A program made the position numbers and the translations under genes. A DNA stretch of 47,321 nucleotides from a virus (taxonomy: Duplodnaviria > Caudoviricetes). Location: IMG/VR virus record IMGVR_UViG_3300017785_009685, positions 1-47,321 of that record; one strand, 5' to 3'. Position 1 is the first letter of the stretch; every line of letters begins with the position of its first letter. This document shows positions 1-8,800 of the stretch, in pieces. The notes below the pieces were generated by a model. The model did not search any database. It saw only the letters and a list, made by a program, of their open reading frames with translations, and was not told the origin of the DNA.

Positions 1-144
1 TCCCGTGAAGTCAAACGTCTTCCCTGGCCTGGATGTCCACGACGTTACGTTGGCTCCGTTACTGAGGCCCGACAAGAACCGTGCATCAATGGCATAGCCT
101 GCGCCAGCATGGACGGGGTTCAGATGCCTCACTCTCCGTCCCAT
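1..144 (-). CDS. partial tail/fibre-associated protein (N-terminus; runs off window start)
   Basis: ATG at 144 overlaps the stop of the upstream ORF (TGATG). Open to position 1: MGRRVRHLNPVHAGAGYAIDARFLSGLSNGANVTSWTSRPG, resembling N-termini of lectin-type phage tail proteins. Confidence 0.55.
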   Translation of the reverse strand, partial: MGRRVRHLNPVHAGAGYAIDARFLSGLSNGANVTSWTSRPGKTFDFTG

Positions 145-1496
145 CACGTCACCTTCGTCAGCATCACGCCGATCACCTCAAGGTCAACGCCGAGTGTGTC
201 GGAGCCGTTGGTTGCATCCCGGTAGATCTGCAGGGCACAGGGACGGCCATCGGCAACAGTGCCTCCTGGGGTGATGCCGGGAGTGGCTGCGCTTTGGTGA
301 TGGATGTTTACGCCAAGACCGTTGTCTGTCACCGTTTGAGCCGTGCCAAAGGCGGTATCTTGCGCGGTGTTGTCCTCGTACAGTCGGGCCTGTGCGCCCA
401 TCACCCAGTTACCACTGCCGGTGGTGTACTTGCAGAAGAAGATTGCTGAGAATGTGTTCCAGCCCGTAGGCCATGCAAACCAGATCTGGGCGTGTTCTTG
501 GGTGCCTGCATCGAACAGCAGCAGGTCGCGGTTCACCCGGTTGGTGGCCGTTTCGTCGCTGTTGACCCCGCAGCCGGCCGTGGTGCGCGGGATGAAGTCT
601 GCAGCACCGAACCAGCGGAAGGCATCGCCACCGCCACCGCTACCCGTGCTGGCGATGGTCACCACTCCCGCGCTGCTGGTGCCGGTGGTGGTCAGGGTGA
701 TGTTGGCTCCCTCGACGAACTGCACCGTTCCACCCGATGCCGAGAGCGTGATCGTGTGACTGGTCGCGTCGGAGGTGCTGGCGATCGCCTGGTCGCCCGT
801 GTTGGTGCCGGTGGGCAGCGTTGGCAGCCCCGACAGGCTGGAATAGGCGATCTGCGCCCCGTCGCCGCCGTTGTGGTCGTGGCTATTGCCGTTGGTGACC
901 CCCTGCGCCGCAGGCGCGTAGTCCGTTGACGCTGTCGCTGCTGCAGTGCCTAGCGTGGGGCGTCCACTCAGGTCTCCATAGGCCCCGGTTGTGGCAACTG
1001 TCGCCAGTCCCGTCACGCCAGTCGCCGGCAGCCCTGTGCAGCTCGTCAACGTGCCGCTGCTGGGGGTGCCCAGTGAGCCGCCCAGCAGCACCGGAGCGCC
1101 AGCGCTGCCAGCGTTCACCGCCAGGGCCGTTGCGATCCCTGTTCCCAGACCGCTCACGCCAGTGGCAATCGGTAGCCCTGTGCAGCTCGTCAGCGTGCCG
1201 CTGGCGGGGGTGCCGAGGACCGGTGCGATCAGCGTCGGGCCGTTGTTGAACACGACCAGCCCTGTGCCGGTCTCATCAGAGATGACACCGAGGAACTGCG
1301 CTGATGTGGTGGCCGCGAACTGGCTCAGGGGGTTGGCCGTCAGGGCGTCGCCGCCACCTGCCAGCGTGAACCATTCCGTGGCGTAGTCGGTGTTGCTGGT
1401 CTTCCTGAGCACCTGATTGGTGCTCCCGCCTGCGGGTACGCCTGGGCCGGCAAAGCCGGAGCTGGTTCGACTGGAGCCGAGGTAGAGAGGTGCCAT
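144..1496 (-). CDS. tail fibre-like protein
   Basis: 450 aa, G/A/T/S-rich, with typical fibre modules (PAGGSTNQVLRKTSNTDYATEW; LGTPASGTLTSCTGLP repeats; GLATVATTGAYGDLSGRP). Confidence 0.8.
   Translation of the reverse strand: MAPLYLGSSRTSSGFAGPGVPAGGSTNQVLRKTSNTDYATEWFTLAGGGDALTANPLSQFAATTSAQFLGVISDETGTGLVVFNNGPTLIAPVLGTPASGTLTSCTGLPIATGVSGLGTGIATALAVNAGSAGAPVLLGGSLGTPSSGTLTSCTGLPATGVTGLATVATTGAYGDLSGRPTLGTAAATASTDYAPAAQGVTNGNSHDHNGGDGAQIAYSSLSGLPTLPTGTNTGDQAIASTSDATSHTITLSASGGTVQFVEGANITLTTTGTSSAGVVTIASTGSGGGGDAFRWFGAADFIPRTTAGCGVNSDETATNRVNRDLLLFDAGTQEHAQIWFAWPTGWNTFSAIFFCKYTTGSGNWVMGAQARLYEDNTAQDTAFGTAQTVTDNGLGVNIHHQSAATPGITPGGTVADGRPCALQIYRDATNGSDTLGVDLEVIGVMLTKVT
1190..1337. repeat. 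148-bp direct repeat, copy 1 (copy 2 at 3609-3756)
   Basis: Direct comparison shows identity except one base (1215 g vs 3634 a); encodes ANPLSQFAATTSAQFLGVISDETGTGLVVFNNGPTLIAPVLGTPASGTL. Confidence 0.95.
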
Positions 1497-1498
1497 GG

Positions 1499-3151
1499 TT
1501 ATGCGAAAGCGATGAGCCCGGTTACGTCGCCGAGTGTCACGGCGCCGTTGTTCGTCAGTCCCTGGCCAGCAGTGACTGCGACGTTGATGGCGGTGGTGAA
1601 GGCCAGGCCGCCCTCAAAGGTGATCGTGACCGGCTGATTGGTGGGCAGCGCCACCTCGAATAACGCCGCCGTGGTGCCGAGCGTGATGCTGCCGGATGCC
1701 GTGTTCCACACCTTCAGGTACCGCGCTGCCGCGTTGGTGTTGGTGATGACCAGGCCCACCAGCCGCCCAGCGGCGGCCTTGATGCTCTGCACGGCCGGCG
1801 TGGCGGGGCAGTTCACGTTGGCAAAGGAGGAGGCGCCGGTCGCGCTGGCGCGGTACTGCACGCCAACGTCCCCGATGGCGTTGGTACCCGCCGCCAGTGC
1901 CGCCATCGTGCCCTGGTTGGCCGTCACGGTGCCGCTCACCGCCTGCGTGCCCAGGTTGCCGCCCAGCACCTGGACCGGCAGTGCATGGGAGCCGACCGGA
2001 TCGCTGCTGGCGATCCGGACCTTTTGGCGCCCCTGGTCCTCGACCTGAAGGAACCCGGTGGTCAGCGTCGTCGTACTGGCTGGCGCGGTGCTGCCGTTCT
2101 GTACGACGATGAACAGGTACATCAACACATCAGGGTCGTAGACGTTCTCGACCCTGCTGGCGCGGTTGAGCCACTGATAGCCGGTGTTGCTGGCGACCAG
2201 GGAGTCCGAGAGCCCGGCGGTTTGGACGTCGTAGGCGATCTGCGCCACATGCCCCGGGCTGGCGGTGGTGTTGATGGTGGCGGCGGTGTTGCCACTGTTC
2301 CAGCCGCGCCGCTGTGCGTCGAAGCTGGCGGTGGTGGCGGTCGTGCCGCTGTACTCCAGCTGGACGTGGTTCCAGCCGTACAGAGTCAAGGTGCCGCTGC
2401 CGGAAGCCGGCCAGGCCGCGACTGTGAAGGTCACGGTCAGGCCGGAGACGCTGGCGATGGCGTAGCGGCCGGGGATGCCAGCCGCGCCTGTGATCAGGGA
2501 AAGGCGGACGCTTTGGCCGACACTGGCCGCCGTGAATGGGTTGGTCGCCGGGAAGGTAACGGTGACGCTGGTGGCGCTGTTGATCGTGTAGGACAGCGCA
2601 GAGCCCACCAGGTCGGCCAGCTCGTAGCGGAAGGTCTGGTTGGCAATCCGCTGGCTCAAGATGACCTTGAAACGAGTCATCAGCGAGCCGCTGAAGGTCT
2701 TGATCGAGCGGATGACAGTTTCGGCGTTGACGGTGGTGCCAGTGGTGATGACAAGGTTGCCGCCCGACTGGTTGACGGCCATGCCGCTGCCGGTCTGCAG
2801 CAGGGTGAACTCATCGGCCGCCTTGCCGACGATGCCGCTGCCGACTTCGGCGAAGCCTGTGCGGACGAATGGCGTGGAGCTGATGGTCGTGGGCACCGTG
2901 GCGGCGCCATCCTCGACAAAGATCAGCAGCCGATCACCGTTGGCCATCCCCGCGGTCGAGCACGCCAGCGTCAGCACCGGGCTCGACCACGTACCGGTAA
3001 GCAGGGCCCCTCCTTGCGGCTGGAATAGCAGTGTCCCGGTTGTCACGTTGGCAACGTGCAGGATGCTCTCGAGACTTGCCGGCACAAGCCCTGAAAATGT
3101 CACCGTTTTGGCGACGGCGTTGAAGGTGTAGCTGGTGGCCTGAACTTTCAT
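1499..3151 (-). CDS. tail/virion structural protein (beta-rich)
   Basis: 550 aa, T/A/G/V-rich, in an operon between fibre genes; N-terminus YTFNAVAKTVTF resembles tail proteins. Confidence 0.65.
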   Translation of the reverse strand: MKVQATSYTFNAVAKTVTFSGLVPASLESILHVANVTTGTLLFQPQGGALLTGTWSSPVLTLACSTAGMANGDRLLIFVEDGAATVPTTISSTPFVRTGFAEVGSGIVGKAADEFTLLQTGSGMAVNQSGGNLVITTGTTVNAETVIRSIKTFSGSLMTRFKVILSQRIANQTFRYELADLVGSALSYTINSATSVTVTFPATNPFTAASVGQSVRLSLITGAAGIPGRYAIASVSGLTVTFTVAAWPASGSGTLTLYGWNHVQLEYSGTTATTASFDAQRRGWNSGNTAATINTTASPGHVAQIAYDVQTAGLSDSLVASNTGYQWLNRASRVENVYDPDVLMYLFIVVQNGSTAPASTTTLTTGFLQVEDQGRQKVRIASSDPVGSHALPVQVLGGNLGTQAVSGTVTANQGTMAALAAGTNAIGDVGVQYRASATGASSFANVNCPATPAVQSIKAAAGRLVGLVITNTNAAARYLKVWNTASGSITLGTTAALFEVALPTNQPVTITFEGGLAFTTAINVAVTAGQGLTNNGAVTLGDVTGLIAFA

Positions 3152-3156
3152 GGTGG

Positions 3157-5100
3157 TTAGCCGAGTGCGATGGCAAGGCCGGCGGCAAGGGCGAGCGAAG
3201 CGCCTGTGGATGGTGCTTCATCGCCGACGACAAACAGGGTCGTGGCGTCATCGGCGAGCACGGCGCGAGTGTTGTACTCCGCCTGCGTGAGCGACACGAT
3301 TTTGGTCACTCTATCGGCGCCAGTCAGCCCAGCGGTAAGGCTCAGGACAGCTGTATCTCCGAGGTTGGCTTGAGTTACCGCGCCGCCGTCAATCGTCCAG
3401 GTGGCGCCACTGCCTGAAACGGTGATGTCACCCTTGTCGCCATCAGTGATACCGGCTCCTCCCCCCGTGGCAGACAGGACGCCAGCGCTCATGCTGAGTC
3501 CTGAGCCGATGCTGATCTCTTCCGCTGCCCCCGCTGCCGTCGTTGTCCGCCCAAGCAGCCGGGCCGTGGCCATCGTCACGCCAGCCGCCGGCAACCCCGA
3601 GCAGTTGCTCAGCGTGCCGCTGGCGGGGGTGCCAAGGACCGGTGCGATCAGCGTCGGGCCGTTGTTGAACACGACCAGCCCTGTGCCGGTCTCATCAGAG
3701 ATGACACCGAGGAACTGCGCTGATGTGGTGGCCGCGAACTGGCTCAGGGGGTTGGCTGTCTGGGCGTTGCCGCCACCGCCGGAAGCCGCCCAGGAGACGT
3801 CGGCGGCTGCCCCGCCTGACTGCAGGACCTGTCCAGTCGTGCCGGGACCGAGCGCAACCCACCCGGAGGCGCCGCGATAGAGGATCGAGCCCTGGGTGCT
3901 GCTGGACCAGTCGAGGAGCTGCGAAAGCGTCACCGCCTCAGGGACGCCGCTGCCGGCGGTGTTGCGGCCGATTAGGGTCTGGGTGGTCAGGTTGGCAAGA
4001 TCGGCCAGCGTCACGACGCCGCTGTTGATGCTCCAAGTGGCGCCAGATGCGGACACCGTGATGTCGCCCTTGCTGCCGTCGGTCACCCCGCCTCCCGTGG
4101 CGGACAGCGTCCCGGCGCTCAGCGTCAGGTTTGAGCCAATGGCGATTTCCTCTGCCGCGCCTGCCGCAGCGGTCGTGCGCCCCAGCAGCCGGGCAGACGA
4201 CATTGTCAGTCCGGCTGCCGTGAAGTTGCCGGTGACGGTGGAGCCGGCTTGCGTGCCGGTATGCGTTGAGCGATCCCGAAGCTGGGCGTCGCTGGCGTTG
4301 GCGGTGGCGCCTGCCGCCACCCCATCGAGCTTGGCTTTGTCGGCGCCGCTCAGGAATCCGGCTGCGCCGCTTGCGACGGCATTGGCGTGGGCCGTACCGC
4401 CGCTGCCGACGTGGGCTGTGGGGGCATAGGCGGCGTTGCCTTCTGCTGTTGTCAGATAGCCGGGATGCGGGTCTGCCGCTGCTTCGTGCGCCGTTACAGC
4501 TGTGGTGGCGGCCCCGAGAGCCTCTTTGCCGGCCAGGGCCGTCGTCAGCCCCGTGACCTGCCCCTGGGCCAGGGTGAGCTCGTCAGCCCCACCGCTGTTG
4601 TGATTGGAGGCGTGGGCCGTCGGCGCCCGGTTGTTGGTCAGCCTGGTGTCGCCCTCGAGGACCGGAGCCGCGCTCGATTGCCGCAGCAGCTTGCCGGTGG
4701 TCCCACTGAAGATCGCCACCCTGCCGTCGACGCTGCTGGCCGGACCGACAACGTCGCCTGAGCCACCGCCGCCGCCACCACCGCCGCCGGGGATGTCGAC
4801 GGTCGTGAAGCCTGCGTTGGGGTCGTCGGAAGCAGTGACGCCGGCGCCGGTGAAGCGGATATTGCCGCGCTGCGGCAGGCGCTGCGTCTCGTCAAAGAAG
4901 GTGAGGCGCTCCGGCTCCTGCAGGTCGGGGCGATCGTCGATCTGCCCGCCAGGGACCGGGTAGGGCTCGAGGAACTCGACCCTGTTGCGCGCCCGGTAGT
5001 AGGGCTTCTGGTCCCCGCCTTGCAGCAGCAGGTGATCGTCGTCGTGACCGCTGATGATCTCGACGATCTGGCCGGTGACGAGGTCCCTGACGAGGGGCAT
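3157..5100 (-). CDS. fibre protein (tail or head fibre)
   Basis: 647 aa with fibre modules (GDVVGPASSVDGRVAIFSGTTGK; AHEAAADPHPGYL; LRDRSTHTGTQ; duplicated RLLGRTT...DGxKGDITVS); C-terminal LTQAEY motif. Confidence 0.8.
   Translation of the reverse strand: MPLVRDLVTGQIVEIISGHDDDHLLLQGGDQKPYYRARNRVEFLEPYPVPGGQIDDRPDLQEPERLTFFDETQRLPQRGNIRFTGAGVTASDDPNAGFTTVDIPGGGGGGGGGSGDVVGPASSVDGRVAIFSGTTGKLLRQSSAAPVLEGDTRLTNNRAPTAHASNHNSGGADELTLAQGQVTGLTTALAGKEALGAATTAVTAHEAAADPHPGYLTTAEGNAAYAPTAHVGSGGTAHANAVASGAAGFLSGADKAKLDGVAAGATANASDAQLRDRSTHTGTQAGSTVTGNFTAAGLTMSSARLLGRTTAAAGAAEEIAIGSNLTLSAGTLSATGGGVTDGSKGDITVSASGATWSINSGVVTLADLANLTTQTLIGRNTAGSGVPEAVTLSQLLDWSSSTQGSILYRGASGWVALGPGTTGQVLQSGGAAADVSWAASGGGGNAQTANPLSQFAATTSAQFLGVISDETGTGLVVFNNGPTLIAPVLGTPASGTLSNCSGLPAAGVTMATARLLGRTTTAAGAAEEISIGSGLSMSAGVLSATGGGAGITDGDKGDITVSGSGATWTIDGGAVTQANLGDTAVLSLTAGLTGADRVTKIVSLTQAEYNTRAVLADDATTLFVVGDEAPSTGASLALAAGLAIALG
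3609..3756. repeat. 148-bp direct repeat, copy 2
   Basis: Matches 1190-1337 at offset 2419. Confidence 0.95.
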
Positions 5101-5184
5101 GGCGGTTTCAGCGGGAGCGCCAGGGTTGCCTTGGGTGCCCTGTCTCGCGCCAGTCTATCTGGGTCTCACGCGAGGCAGCCCCGT

Positions 5185-5331
5185 TCAGCGCCCCTGGCCG
5201 CGACTGAGCTTGCGTCCAGGCTTCGGCTTGCTGCCCTGGCCGTTGCCTTGGGTGGTCTTGTGGTGGACGGGCTCCTTCTTGTCTCCCTGGACCCAGGTCT
5301 TGCCCAGACCGGTCTTGGCTTTGGCGGCCAT
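5185..5331 (-). CDS. small basic protein (48 aa)
   Basis: Not in the ORF track. MAAKAKTGLGKTWVQGDKKEPVHHKTTQGNGQGSKPKPGRKLSRGQGR; ATG overlaps the upstream stop (TGATG); the KTTQG..SK..RGQGR pattern recalls small cyanophage proteins. Confidence 0.7.
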   Translation of the reverse strand: MAAKAKTGLGKTWVQGDKKEPVHHKTTQGNGQGSKPKPGRKLSRGQGR

Positions 5332-5753
5332 CAGACGCAGCGAACGGAGAAGGTGGAGGGGTCGAACTTGACCAGGTCGCCGAACTGGATCTCGGTGACG
5401 ACCGAGAGGGCGTCATGGAACAGCAGGTTGCCACCGGAGTTGGCATCCCAGAGGGAGGCGTGGCTGGCGAAGGCGCTGGAGCCGTTGACCGCGCTGTTGG
5501 TGATGATCACCGCCGCGCTGTTCAGCCGCTCGAAGCCGCCACCGCCGACGGCCGTGACAGCAGCCAGGTCGAGCTGGGGGATCTGGATGCGGTTGCCGTT
5601 GCCGGTGACGGTCGAGGTGATGTTGGCCGCCGAACCGTCGTTGGTGGGGGTGGCGCTGTGGATCGTGATGTAGAGGCCGGTGGGCACCGACGGGAAGGCC
5701 GTGCCCTTGACCCAGTCGAGGATCTTGGTGGCCAGGTACTGACTGAAGGGCAT
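5331..5753 (-). CDS. small tail structural protein
   Basis: 140 aa; SQYLATKILDW...LYITIHSATP...LWDANSGGNLLFHDAL pattern of a widespread phage tail protein family. Confidence 0.75.
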   Translation of the reverse strand: MPFSQYLATKILDWVKGTAFPSVPTGLYITIHSATPTNDGSAANITSTVTGNGNRIQIPQLDLAAVTAVGGGGFERLNSAAVIITNSAVNGSSAFASHASLWDANSGGNLLFHDALSVVTEIQFGDLVKFDPSTFSVRCV

Positions 5754-5803
5754 GGGTCAAGTGAGAGCCTTGGCTGACATTCTGGCAGACCCAGCAGCCT
5801 GAC

Positions 5804-8800
5804 TCAGCCGCTCAGCAGGGTCGAGCCCACGAGACGGCCCTGGCCCCCAAGAGCCCCATTCAGGGCGCGGACCGGGGAGGTATCGCCGCGCGAGAGGCCC
5901 CGGGTGACGCGGATGGCGTCCATGTAGCCGTTGTAGAGCAGCAGCTCGGCGCCGTTGGCACCGGTGCGGCCGATCGTGAAGCTGCGGTTGGTGAGGGCGA
6001 CATTGTTGACGAAGGGGGTGCCGTTGGCGGTGCCGTTGATGGCGTGGCGCCAGAGGCCGTTGAGGTTGCGGGTGAGCCTGATCTCGCTCCAGGCTCCCAG
6101 CGGCAGGGCCGCATCAGTGCTGCCCCTGTAGGCGCCATTGACGTACAGGTCCAGCTTCATCTGGTTGGTGAGCACCCACATGAAGCCGTTGGTGTAGCTG
6201 GCGGCGTCGCCGATGGCATTGGTGCAGAAGAGAACGGCGTTGGTGGGCGGCACCGTCAGCGGGTAGATCGCCATCTCCACCGTCAGTGCCCCGGTCCCAA
6301 AGGAGAAGAAGGTGGAGCGATTAGCGGATTCCCCAAGGGTCAGGTAGGCGTCGCTACCGGCGCCAAACAGAAAGCTCTGGGAGCCTTCGAAGGCCTGAGC
6401 GGTGCTCTTGGAAACATTGCTGTTGATGACCACCAAGCCCCGCGGGCCCGTGTCGATGGCACTCGTTCCGGGCGATTCAGCCTGCAGGCGGAGCACCACC
6501 TTGTCGAAGTTGGCGTCGCCAGGATCGGTGGGCAGCGGCAGGAAGGCCAGCCGCTGGGTCAGCTGCCCTGCTGTTGGTGCAATGCCGGTGACGTGGCCCA
6601 AGGTGCTGAAGGTGGTCCCGTCATTGGAGTGACTGAGGCTGAAGCCGGTGGGCATGCTCGGAACAGAGCCCGCAATAGCCAGCCGGAGGGCGTCGGCATC
6701 GACCGATGCGCCGGCATCAAGCTGGATAAAGGCGCCCAGCTGCTCCATTGAGGAGCGGAGCCAGTTGCAGTTGATGGTGACGCTCAGGTCCTGGGTATTG
6801 GTCAGCAGGCCGCTACTGGGTACCGGCGAGCTGCTGGCGGTGGTCCCAGGCAGTCGATTGCGCCCCCGGTGCAGGGCCAGCTCCGAGAGCGCGTATTCGC
6901 TGAAGCCGCCGAGGCTGAACGAGGAGCGGAAGTCGAACAGGCGCCAGTAGCGGGCATTGGCCGTCGGCGGACCGGCCCAGGGCGCAATCGGTGGGGTGAA
7001 GCTACCGGTGTACAGCGCCTTGCGCAGGATCCGGACGTCGTTGAGGTTGCCGTGGAAATGGCCCATGTCACCGCCCCCGTCGGGGAAGCGGGCGCGAGCG
7101 ATCGTCCAGGTCGTGGCCGTGTAGTTGGTGGCATTGCCCCAGGGGCTGCCGACCGGGACCCCGTTCATGTAAAGGGTGAAGACCCCGCTGCGGCGAACCA
7201 GGGCGATGTGGTAGCGGGTGCTTGTCACCATCGGCACGCCCAGGATTCGGATGGCGCCATTGGCGTAGAGGGCCAGCTGGCGGCCGGTGGCGACCCGGTT
7301 GACGCGCAGGGCGATCTGCGCGGAAGGCTCGGCGGTGCGTGAATCGATCAGGTACTGGAAGGTCTCAGGCCCCTGGCCTTCACCGATGCGGGTGGCCCAT
7401 AGCTCGATGGTGAAGTCGCCGGCGCCCAGAGCCAGGGCCGGGCTGGTGACGACGTCGATGTAGTCCCCGAAGGCATCGAACACCCCGTGGTTGCCGGCCC
7501 ACTTGCCGCCCGCGAGCTGCTGGGCGTTGCCGTAGGGGACCAGGCTGTGGGCGTAGGGGCCGTCATCGAAGAAGACGTTGCTGCTGCCGTTCATGCGGGC
7601 GAACAGCAACGTCTCGTTGAAGTTCAGGTCGGTGGTCGGGCTGCCCGATTCCGCTGGCTCCGTGCCGGCGGGCAAGCTGAGCGGCGCCCCGGCTGGCACG
7701 TACTGGATTGGCGCCCGGCGGGGCTGGAAGTTGCGGTGGTAGCGGGCCACCCCCTGGGTGATGCGGATCTCTTGCATGTAGCCGGCAAAGTTGGGCAGGG
7801 ATCCGCCGAATCCCACGTTGAGCGGAAAGCAGGCACGACCGATCAACAGGGCGCCGGCCGAGAGGTCCAAGTCGTAACGCCAGGAGGACGATTGGGTCTT
7901 GCCATTGACGTAAATCCGCCAGAGCTGGTCCTCCCGGCAGATCGCCAGATGCGTCCAGACGCCGATGGGCAGAGGTTGATTGAAGTGGTTAAGAGTGAAG
8001 TTAATGCGTATCCCGCCTAGGGCGTAGAGGAATGGATAGCCGCTCGGGTCCAGGTAGACGTAGAAGCTATTGTTGTGAGCAGCAGGATCGCCTATTGGGC
8101 TGTTGTCGAACAGCATGCGATTCCATGCTGTCGGGTAGACCCAGGCTTCAATCGTGAAGGGTTGAGCTCCAAAGCGAAAGCCCGGTGATGGGTTGTAGAC
8201 GATGGCGTCTTCCTCGCCGTCGAAGCGGATGGAAGTGCGCTCAAAGAATCCCCCCAGGTCTGGGAACTTGGCTTGCTCGATCGAGTATCTGACGTTGCCC
8301 AGGGGGATGGCCTGGTGGTTGAAGTTGGAGTAGTCGGTAAAGAATGTGCTGTCAGCGACACCCGTGCCTGGCAAGTGCAAGCTGACGTAAGGCTTGAGCG
8401 GATCGGGCTCAATCGCCGGGTCGGGCTTGGTGACCAAGGCGGGAAAGCCACTGGAAACGCCGCGACGGATCGCGCTGGCTTGATATTCGTAAGTGAGCAG
8501 CGTGCTGGCGTCAAGGAAGACCGGGTTCCAGCTCGGGGTGCCGGTGTTCAGCTCGATGACCGGGGAAAAGAAGAAGACGGGTCCGACGCCGCCATCAAAC
8601 ACTTCGCTCTTGCGCTCGACAATGGCTGGAACGACCTGAGTGGCGCAACGGGATTCCTGACGGGTCCCGATCGTAATGCTGTAGCCGGTGCCGCTGACGG
8701 TGGTTGGCGCCATGTCCAACTCAAAGCCAATCGTCAGATTGCCAAGGCCAGCGCCAGTGCCCTGACCGGAGGTCGAGACGACGCCCCAGCGGGTGGACAT

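Noticed and set aside
1190-3756. Diversity-generating retroelement TR/VR pair
   Set aside because: Only one difference, both copies are coding and mid-gene, and there is no reverse transcriptase in the window.
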